NCBI GenBank assembly: GCA_016203225.1
Contig: JACQNC010000014.1
Span: 91,715 to 155,714 of the forward strand
Direction: 5' to 3'
Origin: Candidatus Woesearchaeota archaeon
GTDB taxonomy: Archaea; Nanobdellota; Nanobdellia; Woesearchaeales; ARS49
Length of the DNA: 64,000 bases
Shown: positions 37,442 to 47,000 of the stretch, piece after piece
How positions within the stretch are numbered: the stretch's first letter is position 1
Layout: each line of letters starts with the position of its first letter
Notes under the pieces: model-generated
Seen by the model: the letters and a program-made list of their open reading frames with translations, nothing else
What the model was told of the DNA's origin: nothing
Database searches by the model: none
Program-made: the position numbers and the translations under genes

Positions 37442-38422
37442 ATGCGCATCGTGGTCACGGGAGGGGCGGGGTTCATCGGCAGCAGCGTCTGCGGCGCGCT
37501 CGTCCGGCGCGGCGATGAGGTCGTCTGCATCGACAATTTCAACGATTACTACGTCACATCGAGCCCGGACGGTCGCAGGTTCGCGTCACGCAAGATGAAC
37601 AACATCGCGTCATTGCGGGACGATCCAAGTTTCCATCTCCAGACCCGCGACATCACCGACCGGCTCGCTATGGAAGCGACGTGGCCCCGTGCCGTCGACG
37701 CGGTCGTGCACCTCGCCGCCCGCGCAGGCGTACGCGCATCTTTCGATGACGTCTCGATCTACGAACAGACGAACGTGTCCGGCACCAGCGACGTCCTGGA
37801 AATCGCGTTCGCCCATAGCGTGCGAAGGTTCATCATCGCCTCATCATCATCCGTCTACGGAACGAACGAGAAAGTGCCGTTCTCCGAGGACGACCCCACA
37901 GAACGCACCATCTCCCCCTATGCGATCACCAAGAAGAGGATGGAACAGGACTGCCGCGCATTCCACGACGCGCATCCCGAAACGCGCATGACGCTGCTCA
38001 GGTTCTTCACGGTCTACGGGCCTCGCGGTCGGACAGACATGGCTCCCTACAGGATAGTGGACCGATGCTCACGAGGCGCGCCTTTCGAGCGCAACGGAGA
38101 CGGCACGATACTCCGCGATTTCACGCACGTCAGCGACATCGTCGACGGATTGATGCGCGCGATAGACACGCCTTTCCCGTTCGAGACCATCAATCTCGGC
38201 AACAACCAACCGATCGCGCTGAACCAGTTCATCGCGATCGCGGAACTGATCGTCGGAGCGAAACTCAGGATCGAACAGAAAAACGCCCAACAAGGCGATG
38301 TGCCCATAACTTATGCGGACATCTCAAAAGCGCAACGGCTCCTCGGCTGGCAGCCCGCGACGACCATCGAACAAGGGATCGCGAACCTGGTCGAGTGGTA
38401 CAACAGGAATCCCGAGCCCTAA
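37442..38422 (+). CDS. NAD-dependent nucleotide-sugar epimerase (UDP-glucuronate 4-epimerase-like)
   Basis: TGGAGFIG, HLAARAGVR, SSSSVYG, YAITK, RFFTVYGP. Confidence 0.92.
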   Translation: MRIVVTGGAGFIGSSVCGALVRRGDEVVCIDNFNDYYVTSSPDGRRFASRKMNNIASLRDDPSFHLQTRDITDRLAMEATWPRAVDAVVHLAARAGVRASFDDVSIYEQTNVSGTSDVLEIAFAHSVRRFIIASSSSVYGTNEKVPFSEDDPTERTISPYAITKKRMEQDCRAFHDAHPETRMTLLRFFTVYGPRGRTDMAPYRIVDRCSRGAPFERNGDGTILRDFTHVSDIVDGLMRAIDTPFPFETINLGNNQPIALNQFIAIAELIVGAKLRIEQKNAQQGDVPITYADISKAQRLLGWQPATTIEQGIANLVEWYNRNPEP

Positions 38423-39342
38423 ACCAAGACGATCCTCTGCAGCTCCTCTGACGTCCTGCATCGCGTCAACGCCAAGCGCAACGCGGCACCGCCGACAACG
38501 CCTTTGCTGAACATGATGGCATGGTTCTTGACGATGCCGAAGTCCAGCGCGTGTTCCTTCGCCAAGTCGAGGAACTCATCGAACAATGACAATCTGTCCC
38601 TCATCTCGTACGCACCTGTCTTCAGGTACTGATCGATCTGCGTGAAAAGGAACGGGTTCCCGACAGCGCCGCGGGCGAGCATTATTGCATCGACGCCGGA
38701 TTCATCAAGACGCCGCTTGAACGTCTCAGGCGTGAACACGTCGCCGTTGCCGATCACGGGGATGTCCACCGCGTCCTTCACGCGCTTGACGATATCCCAA
38801 TCCGCCCGGCCTGAGTAACCCTGCGCCTGTGTCCTTCCGTGCACGGCGATGGCGGCCGCGCCCGCGTCCTCGACTATCTTAGCCACCTCGACGGCGTTGA
38901 TAGTCTTCGCGTCTATCCCTGCCCTGATCTTGACCGTCACGGGCCTGCTGACGGAAGACGCGAGCTTGTTGACGAACGACGCTATCCTCTCAGGAGAACG
39001 CAGCATCTCGCTGCCCGCGCCGGTCTTGATGACCTTCCATGCAGGACAGCCGCAATTGATGTCGATGACATCGAACCGGTCCTCGAACATCCTCGCCGCA
39101 TCGACAACATCCTTGATCTCGTTGCCGAACAACTGCACGGCGACAGGAGTCTCGGACACGTCGGTATGCACCATGCGATGCGTATGCGCGTTGCCGCGCA
39201 CGAGCCCTGTGCCTGACACGAATTCCGTGCACGTGAGCCCCGCGCCGTAACGCTTGCACAACGCCCTGAAAGCGACATCGGTCACGCCGGCCATCGGGCT
39301 AAGGATGGCTGGACTCGAGAGTCTCGGGAACGCGGAAGTCAT
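38419..39342 (-). CDS. dusB: tRNA-dihydrouridine synthase (DusB-like)
   Basis: PMAGVTD, DINCGCP, VKIR.G, VHGRT, GNGDV, ARGA.GNP. Confidence 0.93.
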   Translation of the reverse strand: MTSAFPRLSSPAILSPMAGVTDVAFRALCKRYGAGLTCTEFVSGTGLVRGNAHTHRMVHTDVSETPVAVQLFGNEIKDVVDAARMFEDRFDVIDINCGCPAWKVIKTGAGSEMLRSPERIASFVNKLASSVSRPVTVKIRAGIDAKTINAVEVAKIVEDAGAAAIAVHGRTQAQGYSGRADWDIVKRVKDAVDIPVIGNGDVFTPETFKRRLDESGVDAIMLARGAVGNPFLFTQIDQYLKTGAYEMRDRLSLFDEFLDLAKEHALDFGIVKNHAIMFSKGVVGGAALRLALTRCRTSEELQRIVLV

Positions 39343-39374
39343 GAGGTGTCTTTGAGAAACGGGCTATTTATTGT

Positions 39375-39683
39375 TTACGCGCCCGGATCCTGATGCGGGG
39401 GCGGTGCCCGCGGTCTGTAGCGCTCGAACACGAGCTTGACTGTCTCGTAGTCGTTCGCAGGGCAGGTCCAGCGAGCAGCATTCATGTCTATGTTCATGTC
39501 TGCCATGGGCACGTTGAGGTCGCTCAGCGTCCTGCGCACGCGTGCATAGATTGTGTTCCACGAATCACCGATCTTGAGCTTGTGCGTGAACGAGGGCAGA
39601 CAGGGACTGTTCTCCTGATGCAGGAGAACGTGCGTCTTTTCGGCCTGCAATAATTCCACCAGCGTTACCTTCCCCATATGCAT
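39375..39683 (-). CDS. Hypothetical protein
   Basis: ORF with a TATA-like box upstream. Confidence 0.45.
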   Translation of the reverse strand: MHMGKVTLVELLQAEKTHVLLHQENSPCLPSFTHKLKIGDSWNTIYARVRRTLSDLNVPMADMNIDMNAARWTCPANDYETVKLVFERYRPRAPPPHQDPGA

Positions 39684-39741
39684 CTTTCTATCGGTTCCCT
39701 ATTTAAGATTTTCCTACGTATTAACTAATGAGTGATAAAAA

Positions 39742-40545
39742 ATGACAACATTCTTAAACCATCCTGGTGCCTTCTCCACCATGTCATTAGAATCATACGC
39801 GCGCGAATCGCCGCTGCCGCGGTCCCTGTCAGAGGGACAGCTCAAGGCAGGCATAGACAAGTGCAGAGCGGCGCTCGGAGACATAGAGCGAGCGCCATTG
39901 CGCATCCAGCACGGTCTCCTGGAAGAGAATGGCCTGGCACTGAATCGTCAATGCAAGTTCAACCCGACAGCCGCGATAGCGTACAGCATCATGACAGGCT
40001 ACCACGCAGAGCTGGTAGAGTTCAACTGGAAAGAGTTCGAGAGCCTCGAGGGCCAGCACGCGGACACTAAGCTATTCGACCTTCACTATTTCGCGGGAAG
40101 CAACGACGTAAAGCGATGCGAACTCCACAAGTTCAAGCCAGAGGGGTTCCACGCAAAAGCTACGCACCACTTCCAGACGTCATACGGCCTATGGGCAGTG
40201 ATAGGGGCGGCGCACCAACACATCGCGTACCGGCACGCGCGCTTCGCGCACGTATGCCAGGTGCTGCAGCAGCTCACGGGCCAGCAGTTGATTGCGAACG
40301 TCCACATGCATGTCCAAGCCGCGCGCGATCTGCTCACGCCGGATCATTCCGACCTCGGACAGGTCCTCAACACTATCGAGGAGATGAGCGAATGGCTCTC
40401 GCGCCAGCCCGGACTGCAGCAGGACGCAGCCACAATCATCTCCTACGCAGACCCCTGGCTGGAATGGATCCAGAACAGATGCGATTATGACAAGCACATG
40501 TCGATCATCGGACGCATCCATGACCAGGCCGCGAAAAAGTTATAA
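39742..40545 (+). CDS. Hypothetical protein
   Basis: 267-aa ORF, no motif recognised. Confidence 0.6.
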   Translation: MTTFLNHPGAFSTMSLESYARESPLPRSLSEGQLKAGIDKCRAALGDIERAPLRIQHGLLEENGLALNRQCKFNPTAAIAYSIMTGYHAELVEFNWKEFESLEGQHADTKLFDLHYFAGSNDVKRCELHKFKPEGFHAKATHHFQTSYGLWAVIGAAHQHIAYRHARFAHVCQVLQQLTGQQLIANVHMHVQAARDLLTPDHSDLGQVLNTIEEMSEWLSRQPGLQQDAATIISYADPWLEWIQNRCDYDKHMSIIGRIHDQAAKKL

Positions 40546-40568
40546 ACGCGCAACGCAGTTCTTACGAC

Positions 40569-41024
40569 GTGGTCCTCGACACGATCATGATATGGCTCTC
40601 GCAATGGGGCCCCGTAATCCCTGCGCTGTGCGTGCTGTTGACGCGCGACAAGAAGGTGATTCTTCGGGCGACCATCGCGTTCGCACTCACGTATGGGCTT
40701 TCCGAGGCGCTCAAGCTCGCCACACTGAGGCCGCGGCCCTATGCTGTCGGAGACGCGACGCTCATCGGCAAAGAACCTCTGGACCAATGGAGCTTCCCAA
40801 GCAAGCACGCCTCGACCACGTTCAGCCTGGCGGCATCTACGATCATGCACCGGCGCGTGCTCGGCAGCGTCGCGCTCGCGTTCTCGGCGCTCATCGCGTA
40901 CTCAAGAGTGTATCTCGGCGTGCACTACTGGACAGACGTCCTGGCAGGAGCGTTTCTCGGCGTGCTCGTGGCCGTGTTGGTCGACCACGCGTTCGTCCTG
41001 GTTGAGCGCAGACGCCATCAATAG
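40569..41024 (+). CDS. PAP2 family phosphatase
   Basis: K....RPRP, SFPSKHA, SRVYLGVHYWTDV. Confidence 0.92.
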   Translation: MVLDTIMIWLSQWGPVIPALCVLLTRDKKVILRATIAFALTYGLSEALKLATLRPRPYAVGDATLIGKEPLDQWSFPSKHASTTFSLAASTIMHRRVLGSVALAFSALIAYSRVYLGVHYWTDVLAGAFLGVLVAVLVDHAFVLVERRRHQ

Positions 41025-41060
41025 TAATCTTTATAAACCCATATCGGGGGTCATCAATCC

Positions 41061-41603
41061 ATGGCCCGAATCCGTAAGTTCGTCGCGTACCGGCACCTGA
41101 AGCGTGCCTACACGCGATTCTCCAAGTACAAGGTGAAGAACTTCGTCCGCGCAAGACCTGTCTGCAAGGTAGTGCGTTTCGACATGGGCGAGCAACGGAA
41201 GGACTATGATCTCCTGCTCCAACTCATCCCGATGACCGAGGAGGGCTTCCAGATCCGCGACAACGCGATCGAGAGCGCGCGACAAGGCGCCAACAGGGTC
41301 CTCGAAGGCGCGCTCGGCAAGAACGGCTACTTCCTGCGCACAAAAATCTACCCGCACCACATCCTTAGAGAGAACCCGCTCGCTGCAGGAGCAGGCGCCG
41401 ACCGTATGAGCACCGGAATGGCGCACAACTACGGAAAGCCGATGGGCATCGCCGCCCAGGTAAAACGCCACCAACCCATCTTCGAGTGCTGGATCAACAA
41501 GCCCAACATCGAGCTGGCGAAGAAAGCCCTGAAGCGCGCGTCATACAAGATCCCGAACCATTACACAATCACCATCAAGGACCTGAAAAATTCGAAACAG
41601 TAG
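41061..41603 (+). CDS. rpl10e: 50S ribosomal protein uL16 (L10e)
   Basis: QIRDNAIESAR, YPHHILREN....AGADRMSTGM...YGKP. Confidence 0.95.
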   Translation: MARIRKFVAYRHLKRAYTRFSKYKVKNFVRARPVCKVVRFDMGEQRKDYDLLLQLIPMTEEGFQIRDNAIESARQGANRVLEGALGKNGYFLRTKIYPHHILRENPLAAGAGADRMSTGMAHNYGKPMGIAAQVKRHQPIFECWINKPNIELAKKALKRASYKIPNHYTITIKDLKNSKQ

Positions 41604-41611
41604 TGCGTTTA

Positions 41612-41932
41612 ATGGCACTCGAGATAGATATCGTCGAACTCTTCGAGAAACACGGTTTGCGCGTCGTACAGATCGAGGCCAACACTCCGCTGAGTATTTG
41701 TCGACAGCTGCCGCCTGTGCGACAGCTCGCGCCTGATAGGAGCTATGCTGTCGTGAACGCCAACTCGCCATCACCCAGGATTCCGCTTGCGCGGGTAGGT
41801 GATGATCAGTATCTCCTGCTGGTCTATTTTTCGATGACTGCTGGCGGCATAATGCTGGACTTTCCTCGGATGAGCAACGCCATTCCGCTAAAAGAATTCT
41901 ATGATATTGTCGCGCGCATGGAACTGCGCTAA
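41612..41932 (+). CDS. Hypothetical protein
   Basis: ORF between rpl10e and proS. Confidence 0.45.
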   Translation: MALEIDIVELFEKHGLRVVQIEANTPLSICRQLPPVRQLAPDRSYAVVNANSPSPRIPLARVGDDQYLLLVYFSMTAGGIMLDFPRMSNAIPLKEFYDIVARMELR

Positions 41933-43371
41933 TACGCCTTCGCGAAATACGTCATGCTCGTCGCGGGCTTGCCGCACTGCACGCAAACCCCTGAAGCTTT
42001 CTTGTCGAACGGGATGCAGCGTGATGTCGCGCCTTCTGTCTTCTCCTTGATGTGGTCCTCGCACGTCGCGCTGCCGCAGAACGGCGCCAAAACCATCTTG
42101 CGTTCCTTGATGTGCTTGATCAGGTCGTCCATTGACGAGGCCTCGACGCGATTGCCGTCGAGGAACCTCTTTGCAGTATCGTACAAGTTCTGGTGTATCT
42201 CGTCAAGCAAAGTCTTGACGCGGTCCTTCGCGTTCAACAGGCTGGCTGTCTCTTTCGTGCCTTTGTCGCGGCGTGCGAGCACGCACTGCTTGTGCTGCAG
42301 ATCCTTCGGACCGATCTCGATCCTGACAGGCACGCCTTGGAGCTCCCATTGGTTGAACTTCCAGCCCGGACTGTATTCCTCGCGGTCATCGAGATGCGCG
42401 CGGATGTGGTGCGCTTCAAGCTCCGTCTTCAGGTGCTTCGCTTCCTGCAAGACAGCATCCTTCGAATCGGTGAACAGGATAGGGACGATCACCGCTTGCA
42501 CAGGCGCGACTCGAGGCGGCATCACCATTCCCTTGTCGTCGGCATGCAACATCACGGCGGCGCCGATCAAACGCGTAGAGATTCCCCACGAGTTGTACCA
42601 CGGCACGTGCTCCTGCTCATCATTGCCGATGAACTTCACATTGAAAGCTTCCATGAACCCCTGCCCCAGGTTGTGCGATGTGCCAAGCTGCAACGCGCGG
42701 CCGTCAGGCATCAAACCCTCGAAAGTGAACGTCTTTTTCGCGCCTGCGAACTTCTCCTTCTCGGTCTTCTGGCCGGGGATCGAGGGGATGGCGAGCAAGT
42801 CCTTCGCCAATTTGACGTATTCGTCCAGCACGAGCAGCACGTCCTTCTCGCACTCATCCTCTGTCGCGTAGATGCAGTGGCCTTCCTGCCACAAGAACTC
42901 GCGCGTGCGAAGGAACAACCGCGTCTGGTTGGTCTCCCAGCGCACCACATTTGCCCACTGGTTGATCTTCAACGGCAGGTCCCGCCATGAACGCGTCCAC
43001 TTCGCGAAACTGTCCGCGATTATGGTCTCGCTCGTCGGCCGCACTGCGACGCGTTCCTCGTCACTGGACTTGTTCGCGATCCACGCGACTTCGGGCGAGA
43101 AACCCTCGGCGTGCTTCGCCTCGCGCTTGAAGAAAGACTCGGGAACGAAGAGAGGAAAGTACGCATTCTTGACGCCGATGCGGTGCATGACTGGATTGAA
43201 GTATTCCTGCACTTTCTGCCAAATAGCATACGCGTTCGGCCGGATGATCATGCAGCCCTTGACAGGCGAATAGTCCGCCAATTCCGCTTTCTGGATCACC
43301 TCAGGATACCACTCGGCGAAGTCGGACTTCTTCACCGTGATTCCCAACGTCTGCTCCACCTTCTTTGGCAT
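41929..43371 (-). CDS. proS: Proline--tRNA ligase (archaeal/eukaryote type)
   Basis: RPTSET, FLRTREFLWQEGH, GTSHNLGQ, terminal FAKAY. Confidence 0.97.
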   Translation of the reverse strand: MPKKVEQTLGITVKKSDFAEWYPEVIQKAELADYSPVKGCMIIRPNAYAIWQKVQEYFNPVMHRIGVKNAYFPLFVPESFFKREAKHAEGFSPEVAWIANKSSDEERVAVRPTSETIIADSFAKWTRSWRDLPLKINQWANVVRWETNQTRLFLRTREFLWQEGHCIYATEDECEKDVLLVLDEYVKLAKDLLAIPSIPGQKTEKEKFAGAKKTFTFEGLMPDGRALQLGTSHNLGQGFMEAFNVKFIGNDEQEHVPWYNSWGISTRLIGAAVMLHADDKGMVMPPRVAPVQAVIVPILFTDSKDAVLQEAKHLKTELEAHHIRAHLDDREEYSPGWKFNQWELQGVPVRIEIGPKDLQHKQCVLARRDKGTKETASLLNAKDRVKTLLDEIHQNLYDTAKRFLDGNRVEASSMDDLIKHIKERKMVLAPFCGSATCEDHIKEKTEGATSRCIPFDKKASGVCVQCGKPATSMTYFAKAY

Positions 43372-43430
43372 GACCGATTTTCCGGCCAGCACATTTATAA
43401 ATGTTTGTGCAGCTCAACGAAGAGGGGCAT

Positions 43431-43982
43431 ATGGACGTTCGAGAATCAAATGACGGTTTAGCAACAGTCTTCACCTATGAGCGATTCCGCGCCTATGCCG
43501 TGTTCGGCAGGCTTCAGCGCAAACTCGAAGACGTCACCATGCGGGATTTCGAGCGCGGACAGGTGCAACGTCAAGGCGCTCGTGATTTCATTGCAGGATT
43601 CCACTGCCAGGATCCGCTCGAGCTCACCGTCGTCCGCATGTCCAATGCGGAGGCATCGATTGTGGGTTGTGCGCTTGTGCATGAGAAACTCCAGCAGGCG
43701 GTCCGACGCTTCATCGATGAGAACGGATTCGTCAGCCAGCCTCCTCAACAGCCATTCATCCATCAGACAAGAACGGCAATCACCCTGGTCGAGACGACAA
43801 ACTATCGCAACTGCTCGTGGATCGGAGCGATGCTACAGGTGACCCCTGACCAAGCATGGGGTGCGGCACGGTATTCCAATTTCCGCATGATGTATCTCGG
43901 CGAACGCCAGCAGGACGCGATCCTTGTCGCGGCGAAACGCTTCGGCCTGCCGCTCGGCATGCTCGCCAACATGTTCTCCTGA
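43431..43982 (+). CDS. Hypothetical protein
   Basis: TTTATAAA box and GAGGGG RBS. Confidence 0.55.
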   Translation: MDVRESNDGLATVFTYERFRAYAVFGRLQRKLEDVTMRDFERGQVQRQGARDFIAGFHCQDPLELTVVRMSNAEASIVGCALVHEKLQQAVRRFIDENGFVSQPPQQPFIHQTRTAITLVETTNYRNCSWIGAMLQVTPDQAWGAARYSNFRMMYLGERQQDAILVAAKRFGLPLGMLANMFS

Positions 43983-44019
43983 CACATAGATGTCACTCGG
44001 TTTTTAAAGGACAAAGCGC

Positions 44020-44844
44020 TTGTGCATCGCAGTGAGTTCCTTCATCAGACAAGTGGCCTACACCGCGACGGTACTCGCGTCCCTGTTACTTCCCGGATGC
44101 ATCTCCCCAGGAAAGGTCACGGAGGAGACCGCGAGCTACGTCTCCTATCGCTCACGGCACGAGCTCGAATCATTGCTGAGGGAAGGACTCCAGCATCCCG
44201 AGAATCAGCGCACGTTCCGCGCGCTCCGCACCGCGATGGTTGCAGATGGTACAGAGCGCGGAGGATTCTTCGCGGACAGCAGGTACGTCCAGTTCTTCTC
44301 AGTCAAGAACGAGCTCGAGAACGCCAACGCGCACCTAGACGCCGCACGCAAAGGCGATATCGCCGCATGCTGCGCGCTAGAGAACCACATAAGACTCGCT
44401 AGTTACGTGCGCACAAAGAACCAAGGCTGCCTCGTGCCGCTCACACACCTGTATCCCGTCCTCTACCAGGCCCGCAGCGGCGCGATGGCCGACGCGCCCT
44501 GGAGGATGTTCACCGAACAGTTCAATGTTGAAGTCAAGCCGTGGATGTACTGCATGGATGGCGCGGATTTCGCCGCGAAGCAGCGCCAGGCAGGAGGCCC
44601 GCTCATCGCGCACGTGCACTACCACGCCGGTAGGTGCACGTCCACGCGCGACGGGCGCGACACGCCAAACCAAGCTTCGCGCATCGATGAGGAGCTCGGT
44701 CTTGATCGGCCCGAACTAGTGATGGTTCCGCACGAAGATAAATTGGAGGCGTGGCTCACGTGGAAAAGCGTCGAGACCTTCGTCGGCAGCATCCCGATGG
44801 GAGAATCTTCTGTTTTAGTTGGACCGGCTCTGTTGGAGAAATAA
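44020..44844 (+). CDS. Lipoprotein with JAB/MPN-like metal motif
   Basis: LLLPGC lipobox; ERGG ... HVHYH ... ASRID. Confidence 0.55.
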   Translation: MCIAVSSFIRQVAYTATVLASLLLPGCISPGKVTEETASYVSYRSRHELESLLREGLQHPENQRTFRALRTAMVADGTERGGFFADSRYVQFFSVKNELENANAHLDAARKGDIAACCALENHIRLASYVRTKNQGCLVPLTHLYPVLYQARSGAMADAPWRMFTEQFNVEVKPWMYCMDGADFAAKQRQAGGPLIAHVHYHAGRCTSTRDGRDTPNQASRIDEELGLDRPELVMVPHEDKLEAWLTWKSVETFVGSIPMGESSVLVGPALLEK

Positions 44845-44849
44845 AGACC

Positions 44850-44862
44850 AAAGCTTTTAAAT
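44850..44862 (+). promoter_or_regulatory. BRE/TATA box for the tRNA-Arg locus
   Basis: AAAGCTTTTAAAT upstream of the leader hairpin. Confidence 0.55.
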
Positions 44863-44894
44863 CCGCATTCTTAAACGAATCAAAAGTACTTCAA

Positions 44895-44948
44895 GGGCCT
44901 GTAGCATACGAGCCGTGCCTCCGAATCTCGGCTGTCGCTGCAGTCCCA
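44895..44948 (+). other. Acceptor-stem mimic hairpin in the tRNA-Arg leader
   Basis: 14-nt copy of the tRNA 5' end GGGCCTGTAGCATA, whose first 11 nt pair with GCTGCAGTCCC. Confidence 0.75.
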
Positions 44949-44962
44949 TTCGCTACGCTCTT

Positions 44963-45036
44963 GGGCCTGTAGCATAACTTGGATAGTGCGGTGGGCTTCG
45001 GACCCATTGATCGGGGTTCAAATCCTCGCAGGCCCG
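44963..45036 (+). tRNA. tRNA-Arg(TCG)
   Basis: GGGCCTG/CAGGCCC acceptor; GTGGG-CTTCGGA-CCCAT anticodon arm; GTTCAAATC T-loop; no encoded CCA. Confidence 0.95.
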
Positions 45037-45037
45037 C

Positions 45038-45328
45038 TTATTCTTCCTCATCAGAAAACGGTTCCCGGCACTTGATCGGGTTCGCGACGACGGTCTGTCG
45101 GACGTAGCCTCGCACGTACTCACCGAATTCATTCCTTGCTGCGTCGTCAGTCCTGCTCTTGAGTTTATCGATAACAGACATAGTCCCGTCAGGATTCGCG
45201 ATGCAAACGTGATAACCCAGATCATCCTTGCGCAACTCGAAATGTGTCGGTTCATCGAGTGCCACTTCGAGTTTGTCCACCAAGGTCATGCAGGTCGAAA
45301 CCGTGCGTGGTGCGATGATTTCATCCAT
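45038..45328 (-). CDS. Hypothetical protein
   Basis: 96-aa ORF convergent on tRNA-Arg. Confidence 0.5.
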   Translation of the reverse strand: MDEIIAPRTVSTCMTLVDKLEVALDEPTHFELRKDDLGYHVCIANPDGTMSVIDKLKSRTDDAARNEFGEYVRGYVRQTVVANPIKCREPFSDEEE

Positions 45329-45370
45329 ATCGCACTAGATCGTAAATGAATATATTAGGCTATCGAAGAA

Positions 45371-45568
45371 CTAGGACTCTTCGCGGCGCTTCATCAGCCG
45401 CGTGACGTAGCCCGCGACAGTGTTGCGGATCTTCTTGCTCGCGACGCCGCCCATGTGCTGTTCGACCAGGACCTTGTTCTCATCGAATGATTCCTTCATC
45501 ACGCTCTTGTGGTCGCGCAGCAGCTGGAAACTGAGGCGTTTGATCATTTGTGTCTTGATGCGTCCCAT
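45371..45568 (-). CDS. rps17e: 30S ribosomal protein eS17
   Basis: MGRIKT..IKR, FDENK, SKKIRN.VAGYVT. Confidence 0.95.
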   Translation of the reverse strand: MGRIKTQMIKRLSFQLLRDHKSVMKESFDENKVLVEQHMGGVASKKIRNTVAGYVTRLMKRREES

Positions 45569-45723
45569 AAATCACTATCGACGGAAGAGAAGCATTTTGC
45601 AGTCGGGAAGGTATATAAATGTTTGCACGAACTATTCTTTCTGAACTATATTTTCTTGTTCTATATGCTTTGTGAAGGAAAAGTTTAAGAATCCATGCAC
45701 GCACATCCTTTCGAGGTGATTTT

Positions 45724-46176
45724 GTGGAAAACACGAAGCTCAGGTGGGGCTCTACATTGATGATGATCGCGGGCCTCTCCTTCATCGGGTATGCGGCACT
45801 ATTCTTTTTCAGGAACTTCACCGATCAGTTCCTTGAACTCGGCATCAGCGCGGCACAGGTGAATGTCGGAAGGGCAGAAATCACCGCATTTAGCCCATCG
45901 CTGTTCAACTATATCAGTCATCTGCACGTCGCAGTTTCTGGGTTCATCGCAGCAACAGGACTTGCGGTTGTTGGACTCGCGTGGCATGGCGTGCGCAAAG
46001 GCATGCGTTGGGCTTGGGGGTATGCGGTCGCAGCACCGGTGCTCGGCCTCGCGGTCGCGTTGCCGCTGCATTATGTCTATGGGATCGCAACGATTGGCCA
46101 CCTGGGCTTGATTTATCTTGCGACAGCGATCTTTGTCATAGGCGCGATCGTGGCATTACTCGGGCTTAAAGAATAG
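45724..46176 (+). CDS. 4-TM membrane protein
   Basis: GAGGTGA RBS; YISHLHVA, W.GVRKG..WAW. Confidence 0.7.
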   Translation: MENTKLRWGSTLMMIAGLSFIGYAALFFFRNFTDQFLELGISAAQVNVGRAEITAFSPSLFNYISHLHVAVSGFIAATGLAVVGLAWHGVRKGMRWAWGYAVAAPVLGLAVALPLHYVYGIATIGHLGLIYLATAIFVIGAIVALLGLKE

Positions 46177-46245
46177 GGATGAATAGGGATTTTTTGTTTT
46201 CATTTACAAATCTTTTTAAATGGTCAGGCATCTGTTTCTGTTCAC

Positions 46246-46317
46246 GGGCCCGTGGTCTAGCGGTATGACGTCTCGTTGACGTCGAGAAGGTCGCCAGTTC
46301 GAATCTGGCCGGGCCCA
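46246..46317 (+). tRNA. tRNA-Val(GAC)
   Basis: GGGCCCG/CGGGCCC acceptor; TCTCG-TTGACGT-CGAGA; GTTCGAATC; TATA at 46213-46220; T-tract downstream. Confidence 0.95.
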
Positions 46318-46373
46318 CTCTTTTTTCCTCAGAATGCACAAAACATAAAAACAGGAAGTTACTTTTAAACGTC

Positions 46374-46952
46374 ATGAAAATTTGGTGGGTGATAGGATTC
46401 AGCGTCTTCCTTGCAGCATGTTCGACCGGTGCGCAGACCACAGACCCGTACGCGTCACTCGGCGACGGCGTGCCCGTGGAGGGAGAGACTGGCGCCATAG
46501 CTTCTTACGCCGCAGAAGTCGGCTCGCAGAAAGGCGAGCAGGCTCCCGATTTCACCATCAATACCGTAGACGGCAAGGACGTCACGCTCTCGCGGCTGCT
46601 GCTCGACAAGCCTGTCCTGGTCTATTTCTGGACGACGTGGTGCCCGGCGTGCCAACACGACCTCGGTGTCATGAAAGAAATCTATCCCGCATACAAAGAC
46701 GATTTCGAGATCATCGCGATCAACATGGACCTTGACGAGGACGAGAACGTCATCAGGAACTACTTGCGAGAGAAACCTAACCCTGGTATCCAGTTCGCGG
46801 CAGGCACGGAAGCCATCCTGCGCGATTATGACGTCATCTACACGAGCACGAAAGTGCCTGTCGGGAAAAACGGAGTCATCCTCTGGCGCGGCTCGGGCGA
46901 GATGGAACGCGACCTGATGGTGACCCTGTTCGAAGGCTTGAAGAACTCATAA
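46374..46952 (+). CDS. TlpA/ResA-like thiol-disulfide oxidoreductase lipoprotein
   Basis: FLAAC lipobox, APDFT, FWTTWCPAC. Confidence 0.88.
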   Translation: MKIWWVIGFSVFLAACSTGAQTTDPYASLGDGVPVEGETGAIASYAAEVGSQKGEQAPDFTINTVDGKDVTLSRLLLDKPVLVYFWTTWCPACQHDLGVMKEIYPAYKDDFEIIAINMDLDEDENVIRNYLREKPNPGIQFAAGTEAILRDYDVIYTSTKVPVGKNGVILWRGSGEMERDLMVTLFEGLKNS

Positions 46953-47000
46953 TAGCCGCAAAAGCAACCTTTAAATAGGCCACGGCTTTAAATCCCCCAG

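Noticed and set aside
44895..44962. tRNA 5' duplications as attL/attR of an integrated element
   Set aside because: Under 80 bp lies between the copies, there is no integrase, and an added antisense copy is not expected of att sites; kept only as a possible scar
46171..46190. 10-bp tandem GAATAGGGAT x2
   Set aside because: Isolated slippage-type duplication at a stop codon with no further pattern
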